This document shows positions 18,024-27,294 of a stretch of 64,000 bases of DNA, piece after piece. Position 1 is the stretch's first letter. Every line of letters starts with the position of its first letter. The notes beneath the pieces were generated by a model that worked only from the letters and a program-made list of their open reading frames with translations, was not told the DNA's origin and searched no databases. A program made the translations under genes and the position numbers. Origin of the DNA: an uncultured Candidatus Saccharibacteria bacterium (GTDB lineage Bacteria > Patescibacteriota > Minisyncoccia > Phycocordibacterales > UBA918); assembly GCA_964469295.1 (NCBI GenBank), contig CAYXYJ010000002.1:15641-79640 (forward strand). The letters are read 5' to 3'.

Positions 18024-19286
18024 ATGACTCAAAAATTTCTCTCCACTGACCCGTATAAAGGGGTACGCGATTTTTATCCTGAAGACATGGCCGTAGAGCG
18101 GTATATCTTTGATGTTTGGAGTCATACCGCCGAAAGTTTTGGCTTTGAACGATATGACGCTTCGGTACTGGAACCATCAGAGTTATACAAAAGTAAAGGT
18201 GCCGAGAACGAAGAAATGGTGAATGAACAAACCTATACTTTCATTGACCGCGGCGATCGCGAAGTGACTCTTCGTCCGGAAATGACCCCCACCGTGGCAC
18301 GTATGGTCGCTGGCAAACGTCGAGAGTTATCCTTTCCGGTACGCTGGTACAGCATTCCCAATCTTTTTCGCTATGAACGACCGCAACGGGGACGATTGCG
18401 AGAACACTGGCAACTTAATTGCGATATCTTTGGCGCCAACGATTACACCGCGGACGTGGAAATCATCGCTCTGGCCCATCGTATAATTGTGAATTTCGGC
18501 GCACAAACAGAAATGTTTGAAATTCGCATTAATGATCGCACTGAAATGCGTACAAAGTATGCCTCATTTGGTGTCACTGACACCAACACCCAAGATGCAA
18601 TCACCCGTTTGAACGATCGTTTTCACAAAATTAATGCTGATGAATATAAATCAGCCCTCTTTGATATCGTTCATAACCAAACCACAGTAGATACCATTTA
18701 CACACTGGTATCCGGTGGTGATACCACCGATACCAACACCGTCGTTGACGGGCTGCGAGAATTGGGTATTACCAATGTAAAAATCGATCGTTCGATCGCT
18801 CGTGGCTTTAATTATTACACCGGCACCATTTTTGAAATTTTTGATGTCTCTGGCGAAAACAATCGTTCGATGCTTGGCGGTGGTCGCTATGATAACTTAA
18901 CAGCGATGTTTGGTGATGAACCAATTACCGGTATTGGTTTTGGTATGGGTGATGTCACCATGCGTGACTTCTTGGAAACGCACGATTTATTGACTGCCAA
19001 TATCACGGCACCAACATTGATGGTTATTCCTACAGACGATTCACTCAATTTAACTGCGCAAAAAATTGCGATGGAATTTAGACACAAAGACATCAGTGTC
19101 GCTACCGATATCAGTACTAAAAAAATTGGGAAAAAAATTGCTGACGCCGCTCATCGATTTGTTGAATACATACTTGTGGTTGGCGACAATGAAAGAGCCA
19201 GTGGCACCTACACCCTTAAAAATCTGATTACTGAGACTGAAGTCACTGGAACAATTACCGATATCATTAACGAGATGAGCGAGTAA
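18024..19286 (+). CDS. hisS: Histidine--tRNA ligase
   Basis: Class II motifs: RYERPQRGRLREHWQ (motif 2), GGGRYDNL (motif 3). Confidence 0.9.
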   Translation: MTQKFLSTDPYKGVRDFYPEDMAVERYIFDVWSHTAESFGFERYDASVLEPSELYKSKGAENEEMVNEQTYTFIDRGDREVTLRPEMTPTVARMVAGKRRELSFPVRWYSIPNLFRYERPQRGRLREHWQLNCDIFGANDYTADVEIIALAHRIIVNFGAQTEMFEIRINDRTEMRTKYASFGVTDTNTQDAITRLNDRFHKINADEYKSALFDIVHNQTTVDTIYTLVSGGDTTDTNTVVDGLRELGITNVKIDRSIARGFNYYTGTIFEIFDVSGENNRSMLGGGRYDNLTAMFGDEPITGIGFGMGDVTMRDFLETHDLLTANITAPTLMVIPTDDSLNLTAQKIAMEFRHKDISVATDISTKKIGKKIADAAHRFVEYILVVGDNERASGTYTLKNLITETEVTGTITDIINEMSE

Positions 19287-19377
19287 TTTCACTTTCTATC
19301 AGTTGACTGTTTTTACCGGTGGTACGAATCTAACAATATCCCTTGCCAGATTATGTTATACTGCAAGCCACCTTTCT

Positions 19378-19953
19378 ATGCGTTATCTCGTATTTGATCT
19401 CGAAACTCAAAATATTTTTGAAGATGTTGGATCCAGCGATCCGGCCGCATTGGATATTTCGGTCGCTAGTTTTTATGATAGTGCCACTGATACATACCTC
19501 ACCGTAACAGTGAATGACCTGCATCAGGCATGGCCACTTATTGAACAAGCAGATGCGTTAGTTGGCTACAATAGTAATCATTTTGATATTCCGCTTCTTA
19601 ATAAATATTACCCCGGTGACCTCACCCATATCAAAAGTATTGATTTACTCGAAAGTATTCGTCAATCACTTGGTCGGAGACTGCGACTTGATAGTGTGGC
19701 CGAAGCCACCATTGGCGCAAAAAAATCTGGACACGGGTTACAGGCGGTCAGGTGGTGGAAGGAAGGGAAAATTGATGAGATAAAAAAGTACTGTGAACAA
19801 GATGTAAAAGTCACAAAAAAAGTTTTTGACTATGCCTTGGCGCACGGTCATGTAAAATTCAAAGATGGCAGTCGCAAACGAGAAATCCCCCTTGATACTA
19901 CTACGTGGATGATTAAAGAGGATTCGGCCATGACCCACTCTTTACTTTTTTAG
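19378..19953 (+). CDS. DEDDy-type 3'-5' exonuclease
   Basis: Start MRYLVFDLET (19378). Exo I FDLET, Exo II YNSNHFDIPLL, Exo III YCEQDV. Confidence 0.5.
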   Translation: MRYLVFDLETQNIFEDVGSSDPAALDISVASFYDSATDTYLTVTVNDLHQAWPLIEQADALVGYNSNHFDIPLLNKYYPGDLTHIKSIDLLESIRQSLGRRLRLDSVAEATIGAKKSGHGLQAVRWWKEGKIDEIKKYCEQDVKVTKKVFDYALAHGHVKFKDGSRKREIPLDTTTWMIKEDSAMTHSLLF

Positions 19954-19997
19954 TAAAATAAAAGTTTACAAGGATTTAAAATGTACTTTGATTAAAT

Positions 19998-20079
19998 GAA
20001 AAGCCAAATGGGTGTCTGAGATCGTCAGACTAGCCTAGTGGCTTTGGAGCGAGATCGAAGCTACCCATTTGGCTTTTTC
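19998..20079 (+). repeat. Structured hairpin element copy 2
   Basis: Outer stem gaaaagccaaatgggt / acccatttggctttttc enclosing core ctgagatcgtcagactagcctagtggctttggagcgagatcgaag. The core is ~85% identical to copy 1 while the outer stems differ but stay complementary. Confidence 0.5.
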
Positions 20080-20223
20080 AGTTAATTGCGCTATATAGAA
20101 ATGTTGTGTCAAATATGCTGAAGTAGTGTGTCGTGTCCGGTGCTATGCCTCACACAACGGCAGACATGAAAGAGCGTCCTTGGCGGACGCTCTTTATCTA
20201 TATTTGAACACTCGTATCTTCCT

Positions 20224-21033
20224 CTAATTTAATGCAAAAATATAAATGACCATGAGTGCCAAAAACAAGCGGTACCAGATAAATGGCCAAAGAGAATATT
20301 GGCGTACAAAGGTAATCATAAAATGAATCGCCAACAATCCCACAAAAAACGCCGTGCCAGCACCAATCGCAATCACGGATACCGAAATGTCTCCCCCAAC
20401 TGCCAATAATTCCAATAACTTTTTGATACCTGCACCAAGCAAAAGTGGCACCGCTAACATAAATCCAAAACGAGCGGCTTCGCTACGGGTAAGACCCATA
20501 AGCATTCCCCCTGCAATCGTTGCCCCTGATCGAGAGAATCCTGGAATTAATGCCAAACATTGAAATAATCCCACTTTCACTCCGGTAGCTAACGTAATTT
20601 CACTATGGGGAACAGTATTGTAATATCGCCACTCAGCAAAAATAAACAGCAATGATCCAGCCACGAGCGATAGAGCGACCAATAGTGGATTGCGGAATAC
20701 TGTCGCCATGATGTCTTCGAGTAAAAGCCCTACGATAACAGCCGGAACCGTTCCCACCAACAAAGCGACAACGCGAGCAACTTCACGCTCGTCTACCGGA
20801 AGACGCCCGAGCTTCCGCAATAATGCTTGAAACATCAACCAAAAATCTCGTCGAAAATAAAGCAGCACAGCGGTGGCAGTCGCTAGATGTAACACTGCAT
20901 CAAACGCAAGCGAGCTATTTGATAACACCCCTAAAAAATCTGTTACTAATATTAAATGTCCGGATGATGAAACCGGTAAAAATTCAGTGATACCTTGAAT
21001 AAGACCTAGAATAATCGCGTCTAACGTTGTCAT
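20224..21033 (-). CDS. uppP: Undecaprenyl-diphosphatase
   Basis: MTTLDAIILGLIQGITEFLPVSSSGHL N-terminus; 8 TM segments. Confidence 0.85.
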   Translation of the reverse strand: MTTLDAIILGLIQGITEFLPVSSSGHLILVTDFLGVLSNSSLAFDAVLHLATATAVLLYFRRDFWLMFQALLRKLGRLPVDEREVARVVALLVGTVPAVIVGLLLEDIMATVFRNPLLVALSLVAGSLLFIFAEWRYYNTVPHSEITLATGVKVGLFQCLALIPGFSRSGATIAGGMLMGLTRSEAARFGFMLAVPLLLGAGIKKLLELLAVGGDISVSVIAIGAGTAFFVGLLAIHFMITFVRQYSLWPFIWYRLFLALMVIYIFALN

Positions 21034-21102
21034 AGTGTCTAGTATACCACGCTCTGTGGTATACTTTTGACATAATCAGTTTATTTATAGTTTATACGAA
21101 AT

Positions 21103-21843
21103 ATGCCCGAACAACCTTTTACAACCACCCAAAGTCCACTTACTGGAATGGCTATTCCTATTTCGATTGTCATTGGATTTGCGATGATTGCCGCTGCCAT
21201 TTATTTTAGTGGCTTTGGCAACACTGGAAACACAGCAGTAATCGCTCCAACCGCAACTACAACTGAAAAGGTTATCACCGTCGCTCCAGTCACTGATGCG
21301 GACTATATTCGTGGTAATCCGAATGCCCCAATCATGATTGTCGAATACTCGGATTATGATTGCCCGTATTGTAAAAACTTCCACGAAACGATGAACATGG
21401 TTATGGAAGAATATGGTGTTGATGGCAAAGTAGCCTGGGTCTATCGCCAATTCCCATTGGCACAACTACATCCAAATGCTCCACGCATTTCCGAAGCGGC
21501 TTATTGTGTTGGTGAATTAGGTGGCGACGATGCGTTTTGGAAGTTCTCCGATTTAGTTTTTGAAGAACGAGAATTACGCGAACAAACCAATATGACAAGG
21601 TTACCGGAATTTGCTGAAAAAGCTGGGGTAAATCGCTCGGCGTTTAATACCTGTCTTGATAGTGGCAAATATACCGACGCTGTCACTGCATCATTAAAAT
21701 CTGGTGTTGATGCTGGCGCTCAAGGAACACCACACTCGATTGTAATGGTTGGTGACCAAAAAGCACCGATTAATGGGGCGCAGCCGTATCCAGTGGTAAA
21801 ACAAATGATTGACGGTTTGCTTGCACAACTCGAGGGTCAATAG
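21103..21843 (+). CDS. Membrane-anchored DsbA/BdbD-like thiol:disulfide oxidoreductase
   Basis: N-terminal TM helix, thioredoxin fold with CPYC active site. Confidence 0.65.
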   Translation: MPEQPFTTTQSPLTGMAIPISIVIGFAMIAAAIYFSGFGNTGNTAVIAPTATTTEKVITVAPVTDADYIRGNPNAPIMIVEYSDYDCPYCKNFHETMNMVMEEYGVDGKVAWVYRQFPLAQLHPNAPRISEAAYCVGELGGDDAFWKFSDLVFEERELREQTNMTRLPEFAEKAGVNRSAFNTCLDSGKYTDAVTASLKSGVDAGAQGTPHSIVMVGDQKAPINGAQPYPVVKQMIDGLLAQLEGQ

Positions 21844-21863
21844 TATTTTGACTTTTCATGAAG

Positions 21864-21901
21864 AAAACAGCGTGAGGAACTTTAGTTCCTCACGCTGTTT
21901 T
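21864..21901. terminator. Bidirectional terminator
   Basis: aaaacagcgtgaggaac ttta gttcctcacgctgtttt. Confidence 0.6.
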
Positions 21902-21921
21902 CACCATCAATCAATTATTAC

Positions 21922-24912
21922 TTACACAAAATACTTGCCAATAATAGCGTAATCACTGTCTTCGAGTAATTGCCGGTCGGATAAAAAATCTCCCGTCACC
22001 AACTGTTTTACAACACTCATAATCTGCATCTTAAGATCACTTATTTCTTCTTCCGTGGTGACAAATGTTTCTTCTTTGATTTCTCCTTTACTCGTTGGTT
22101 CTATAAACGACAACGTACCAGTTGTTGTCTGGTATCGTTCATCCTCAGACAACCGTAACAACAACGCATAAAACGTTAATTGACGACGATAATTACCATT
22201 GCTGGTTGCGGTCTTACCGATAATATCGTTTCTTGATTTTGGCTTGCCGGTTTTATAGTCAACAATTTGTAGAGCGCGACCGTTCGCATCACTATCAATA
22301 CGATCAATCATACCAGTCAATGGCAAGGTTGGTACTTCGGCAATATCCGTCGTGATCGCTACTCGTATCGACAATTCTTCTTTAGTTTGTGGTGGCAATG
22401 TTTGACATACGTGCGGTATATACGACTCAACCACCTTCATACCAGCGGTAAATAAGCTATGGTATTCGGCTTCTGACAATGGTTCACGGCGAAGGGCGTT
22501 TTCAAGCATCCGTCGCACCGACAAGATATCGGGAGCCGTTTTCGTCTGTCCATACAATCGTGTGGTTTGTTCCAATACCGCATGCATCACCGTTCCAAAC
22601 TGTAGGGGAAGCGATTTTGCTTCAGGAAATCTAAGGACATTCTTAAAAAAGAAATTCCACGGATTTTCCAGTGCATTATTAAATGAAGTGGCAGACAAAC
22701 CTTTATCATTTAACCGACGAATTAATAATTGCCTAAGCATTTCCGTTTGGGTTGTTGATGCTGGGGGTAAAATTTCTGTCACTGGCATATCGGTACAAAC
22801 CACACCGGTTGTCTGTACACCAATATCGGCCAAAAAACTGACCGGAATATTTGGTGTATCATCACGAGAAATGGTGGAATAGGATAACACGAGAGTGCGT
22901 TTTGCTCGTGTCATTGCCACATAGAGTAACCGTCGTTCATCTTCATTCAGAACGGCAGTCATGGCTGCGGTTTTGGTTAGTGGCACTTTAAAATACTCTC
23001 GATGATTACCCTTTCCCCATCTCGTATCAATGACATTTGGAATAATGACGGTGTCAAATTCTAACCCTTTTGATTTGTGAGCAGTCATCACCCGAACGGC
23101 TTTTGTGACATCATCGGTAAATGGAGCAGTAAGTGACACTCCATATGACACCATCCGAGAAAGTTGCTTGTACACATCAGCTAACGTCACTGCTTCCCCA
23201 CTTAATACTATTCGCTCAACTTCGTCATATACCCGCCGCACGATTCTAGCAGCCGTCACCGGGTCTTCTTGTCCAATAGTGACAAGAAACCCTGATGCAT
23301 GTAGCAAATGCGCGAGCACCCGATGTGGTGCAGCAACCATCGCTTTTTTCCTCGTTTCATCAATAACCGTCATCATATGCGTCACGCGATCGGGCTGGGT
23401 GAGAGCTATATCATCAATCCGATTAGGGTTTGCTAATAACGATAGCAACGATTCACCATACGACCGTGCAGCCAATACCGTCACAGCGTCCCCTAATGGC
23501 ATACCCCAACACGGCATCAACAGCAGCGTCGCCCACGTCGTGTCGTTTTCTGGGTTGGTGACGGCTGCCAATAATGTCATAATGCCAACAAAGACAGTGT
23601 GGGTTAACACATCGCTGTCGGCCGATGGCGAAACCGGTATCTGGGAATCACGAAGCAACTCCGTTATTGATTCTACTTCTCGATTAGACCGTACAATCAC
23701 TGCAATATCTTCTGGTGCGACTCCCAATGCCACGGCAGCGCGAATACGATTAACAATCGCATTCATCTCGTATGATTCATGGGGATATGATTCAATCGTT
23801 GGCAACACCCCCTCCTTGTTACTGGTCAAGGGGATACGATAGGTGGCGAGCGGAGACTCACAGGGTACCGCAATCAAGGCATGAGCTGTATCTAGAACTT
23901 CTTTCGTTGATCGGTAATTGTCAGTTAGGGAAATGATAACAGTATCTTTGTATAATGATTCAAAATACAGAAAGTTTTCCAACGAGGCACCTTGAAAGCG
24001 ATAGATGGCTTGTTTTTCATCACCAACCACAAATATATTTGGATGGTCGTGATACGACGTTAATAAACGTAAAATTTCATTTTGAGCGCCGTTCACATCT
24101 TGATGTTCATCCGCCAAAATATATTGGTACTGCTCTTGGATATCAAGACGAACTGATTCGTTTGTCTGTAACAATGTAACCGTTTCCACAATCAGGTCAT
24201 CAAAATCATACTTGAACTTTTCACGCATTAGCGCTTCGTATCGACGATAGACATACAACAACGCTCGTAGCTTTTCTTGCTGGGCGACGGCTTTGGTATA
24301 CTCTCCTCTCTCCTTTCCTTTATGAGCGCCTTTTTCGTGATATTGAGGAATGGCCAGAATATCCATTTCGCTTTGAGTGATTATCCCAGCCAATTCGTCA
24401 GGTCCGACGTTCTCTTGCTTCATCGAGCTAATAATAGAAAGTAAACTTTTAATATAAAATTGTGGCGCCCCTTTCGGTCGTAGGATGGACACCTCTTTAG
24501 CTTCAAGAATCAATTCAATTACGTCGATTCGCTCGATATCGCTCGCAATAGTCCCGCCGATAATGCGTTCATAGGCTTCTGGATATTGCCGTAATAACCG
24601 TTCACATAATCCATGAAACGTGAAAATCGGCACGCGATATGCCACACTTCCCATAAAGGTCATCAATCGTTCTCGCATGGCGTTAACGCCGGATTTGGTA
24701 AAGGTGAGCGCCAAGATATTTTCTGGTTGGGTGTCGGTTTGGCGTAAAATATTCGCAATACGCAAGGTCAAAATTTGCGTTTTGCCAGTTCCTGGACCAG
24801 CTATGACCATCACCGGCCCGTCAATAGTATCGACTGCCCTTTTTTGCTGTGGGTTTAGACGGTTGTACGCATCTAAAAATCGCTCTTCTCCAATCGTTTG
24901 CATAATAGCCAA
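21922..24912 (-). CDS. UvrD/PcrA-family SF1 helicase fused to C-terminal RecB-like PD-(D/E)XK nuclease
   Basis: AGPGTGKT Walker A, UvrD-like motifs, C-terminal IVDYKTGK nuclease motif; 996 aa. Confidence 0.75.
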   Translation of the reverse strand: MAIMQTIGEERFLDAYNRLNPQQKRAVDTIDGPVMVIAGPGTGKTQILTLRIANILRQTDTQPENILALTFTKSGVNAMRERLMTFMGSVAYRVPIFTFHGLCERLLRQYPEAYERIIGGTIASDIERIDVIELILEAKEVSILRPKGAPQFYIKSLLSIISSMKQENVGPDELAGIITQSEMDILAIPQYHEKGAHKGKERGEYTKAVAQQEKLRALLYVYRRYEALMREKFKYDFDDLIVETVTLLQTNESVRLDIQEQYQYILADEHQDVNGAQNEILRLLTSYHDHPNIFVVGDEKQAIYRFQGASLENFLYFESLYKDTVIISLTDNYRSTKEVLDTAHALIAVPCESPLATYRIPLTSNKEGVLPTIESYPHESYEMNAIVNRIRAAVALGVAPEDIAVIVRSNREVESITELLRDSQIPVSPSADSDVLTHTVFVGIMTLLAAVTNPENDTTWATLLLMPCWGMPLGDAVTVLAARSYGESLLSLLANPNRIDDIALTQPDRVTHMMTVIDETRKKAMVAAPHRVLAHLLHASGFLVTIGQEDPVTAARIVRRVYDEVERIVLSGEAVTLADVYKQLSRMVSYGVSLTAPFTDDVTKAVRVMTAHKSKGLEFDTVIIPNVIDTRWGKGNHREYFKVPLTKTAAMTAVLNEDERRLLYVAMTRAKRTLVLSYSTISRDDTPNIPVSFLADIGVQTTGVVCTDMPVTEILPPASTTQTEMLRQLLIRRLNDKGLSATSFNNALENPWNFFFKNVLRFPEAKSLPLQFGTVMHAVLEQTTRLYGQTKTAPDILSVRRMLENALRREPLSEAEYHSLFTAGMKVVESYIPHVCQTLPPQTKEELSIRVAITTDIAEVPTLPLTGMIDRIDSDANGRALQIVDYKTGKPKSRNDIIGKTATSNGNYRRQLTFYALLLRLSEDERYQTTTGTLSFIEPTSKGEIKEETFVTTEEEISDLKMQIMSVVKQLVTGDFLSDRQLLEDSDYAIIGKYFV

Positions 24913-24951
24913 ATCATATCATTTTGAAACAAACGAAGCGACCAACGTAAT

Positions 24952-25728
24952 TTACCGATGATCATCCAAAAACGCTTCATACATCACCACGGCCAACAGT
25001 GGCCACACTAACAAAAACAGTAGTTCTTCTATCGGTACCACTTGTCCCACAATTGATATAGTCCAAAGGTATTCAGAAGAAAAGGCAAAAATGCGAATGC
25101 CAGCAGCGATAGCGAGGAGTTCAACAATGAACGACAACGGCAATACCGCGAGCGAAAATATTACCATCCGTCTCCATACGGTTATGGGCATATCTTTGGT
25201 ACATAACCCAATACACAAAAGAGTCCCTAATAACAACAAAATGAGCCACGAAAACGCAAAGGTGACGATATGAACGGAAAACAAGTACACCGCAGTTAAT
25301 AACACTGACAACACACACACCATAGTGAGGGATATCGGTTGCCAACGCACCGGCATCAGTCGATCATCATCAAAAAAGTACTCATACAGCACCAAGATAT
25401 AGAGCGTATGTAACAATCCAAATAATAATTGCCCAACGGATAACGGAATACCGAATCCCAATATTGTATCGCTCGTAACGGTGTACCAGGCACCACTGAA
25501 TTGAGCGAAATATTCTACAACAAAATACACTGTGGCGATTAAAACAACTGAAATTAATAGCTTCGCGGTTGGGAGAGGTGTATCATACAGCAAGATAATT
25601 ACCGGTACTCCAAATAGAAGCACAGCAACGTAAACCATAGGCCAAGTACAGACAATCGCAACAATAGCGATAACCGCACTATACAGAGTGAGAGTAAGGA
25701 ACCGAGACACGATTCGTTCATTAATCAT
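24952..25728 (-). CDS. Lycopene-cyclase-domain integral membrane protein (duplicated half-domains)
   Basis: ~8 TM segments; repeated motif LYEYFFDD / PIEELLFLL...YEAFLDD resembles CrtYcd-type lycopene cyclase domain. Confidence 0.4.
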   Translation of the reverse strand: MINERIVSRFLTLTLYSAVIAIVAIVCTWPMVYVAVLLFGVPVIILLYDTPLPTAKLLISVVLIATVYFVVEYFAQFSGAWYTVTSDTILGFGIPLSVGQLLFGLLHTLYILVLYEYFFDDDRLMPVRWQPISLTMVCVLSVLLTAVYLFSVHIVTFAFSWLILLLLGTLLCIGLCTKDMPITVWRRMVIFSLAVLPLSFIVELLAIAAGIRIFAFSSEYLWTISIVGQVVPIEELLFLLVWPLLAVVMYEAFLDDHR

Positions 25729-25784
25729 ACTGACAGTATTGTAACAAGCAAATACAAAAATTATTTGCTGCGCTGTTAGTTAAT

Positions 25785-25824
25785 AAACGAGAAGGGCGGG
25801 CCCACGGGCCCGCCCTTCTCGTTT
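25785..25824. terminator. GC-clamp terminator downstream of rpoD
   Basis: aaacgagaagggcgggcc cac gggcccgcccttctcgttt. Confidence 0.6.
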
Positions 25825-25830
25825 ATTTCA

Positions 25831-27249
25831 TTAATAACTCTTTAATCGACGTGCTTTTTCGTGGCTGCGGATTTTTTCGAGTGCTTTCGCTTCAATTTGA
25901 CGAATTCGTTCACGGGTGACGCCAAATTCTTTTCCAACTTCTTCAAGGGTATGATACGTTCCATCCAAGAGACCATGCCGCATCTCTAAAATCTTTCGTT
26001 CCTTTTCCGACAACGTATCAAGGATTTCGGTAATTTGATCGGTTAAGATACTGTGAGATACTTCTTGATCTGGAGAAATAATTTTATCATCAGCAATAAA
26101 ATCTGATAATCGTGACTGATCATCCTCGTCACCAATTGGCAGCTCCAGCGAAATCGTATCTTGGCTAATTTTCTCAATTTGATAAATCTTCTCCACCTCC
26201 ACGCCCATTTCTGTAGCAATTTCTTCTGGCATCGGGTCACGACCAAGGTCTTGTGATAAGCGTCGTGACACCTGTTTGTACTTTGCCATCGTTTCTACCA
26301 TATGTACAGGAATGCGAATGGTTCGTGACTGATCAGCCAAAGCGCGAGTAATAGCCTGGCGAATCCACCATGTCGCGTACGTCGAAAATTTGAATCCTTT
26401 AGTAAAATCAAATTTATCAACTGCCTTAAATAGACCCAAATTCCCTTCTTGAATCAAATCAAGGAGAGTAAGGTCTGGCGACCGTCCGACATATTTTTTC
26501 GCAATAGATACTACCAAACGTAAGTTCGCCCGAGCGAGCAGATTCCGCGCTTCTTCATCCCCATCAACAATTCGTTTAGCGAGAACACGTTCTTCATGCG
26601 CGGACAACAATGGATATTGTCCAATCTCCCGGAGGTACATTTGGATTGAATCATAACTCCCTTCGCTGCGCCGAAAAGCGTTTTTTTGGGCTAACAATTC
26701 TTCTGATACATCAGCGCCCAACATACCACCACTCTTTAACACATCAATACCGGAAATCGAAAACCGTTCATACAACTCGTCGAGGAATAAGACGTCTTTT
26801 TCAATTTCTGGAAATGATCGCAACAATTCATCATAAGTAACATACCCACGTTCTCGACCAAGTTTCATTAATTCAGCCGCTTTTAACTCTAGGATTTTTT
26901 CGTTACGATTTAAGGCTTTTTTGGCGACTGGTGCCAATTTTTTAATTGGGGCTGGTTTTTTGACGCTGGTGGTTTTTTTCTTTAGTGTCGGTGCCTTTTT
27001 TACGGCTTTCTTGGCGACTGGTTTTTTAACAGTCGATACACGTTTTGCAACCACTTTTTTAGGAGCGGGTTTGGTAACTTTTTTAGCTGGTTTTTTGACG
27101 CTGGTGGTTTTTTTCTTTAGTGTCGGTGCCTTTTTTACGGCTTTCTTGGCGACTGGTTTGGTTGCAAGCTTTGCTGGTTTTTTGGCGGCTTTAACCGCTT
27201 TTTTCTGCACTTTATTTGGTGTTTTAACTCCTTTTTTGGCAGTTGCCAT
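25831..27249 (-). CDS. rpoD: RNA polymerase sigma-70 factor RpoD with ~110-aa Lys/Ala-rich histone-H1-like N-terminal extension
   Basis: Regions 2-4 conserved ([32 protein letters not shown]); N-terminus is [13 protein letters not shown] repeats. Confidence 0.9.
   Translation of the reverse strand: MATAKKGVKTPNKVQKKAVKAAKKPAKLATKPVAKKAVKKAPTLKKKTTSVKKPAKKVTKPAPKKVVAKRVSTVKKPVAKKAVKKAPTLKKKTTSVKKPAPIKKLAPVAKKALNRNEKILELKAAELMKLGRERGYVTYDELLRSFPEIEKDVLFLDELYERFSISGIDVLKSGGMLGADVSEELLAQKNAFRRSEGSYDSIQMYLREIGQYPLLSAHEERVLAKRIVDGDEEARNLLARANLRLVVSIAKKYVGRSPDLTLLDLIQEGNLGLFKAVDKFDFTKGFKFSTYATWWIRQAITRALADQSRTIRIPVHMVETMAKYKQVSRRLSQDLGRDPMPEEIATEMGVEVEKIYQIEKISQDTISLELPIGDEDDQSRLSDFIADDKIISPDQEVSHSILTDQITEILDTLSEKERKILEMRHGLLDGTYHTLEEVGKEFGVTRERIRQIEAKALEKIRSHEKARRLKSY
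26950..27170 (-). repeat. Intragenic ~80-nt segment duplicated at ~138-nt period within rpoD N-terminal extension
   Basis: Plus-strand ggctggttttttgacgctggtggtttttttctttagtgtcggtgccttttttacggctttcttggcgactggttt occurs twice, encoding [26 protein letters not shown] twice. Confidence 0.5.
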
Positions 27250-27294
27250 ATGTGCGCATACTATACAGAAAAATACGAAAATGTCCAGCCCTTA

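Noticed and set aside
17868-20079. CRISPR array or MITE interpretation of the two hairpin elements
   Set aside because: Only two copies ~2.1 kb apart, each a self-contained hairpin with different outer stems. There are no regularly spaced repeats and no cas genes.
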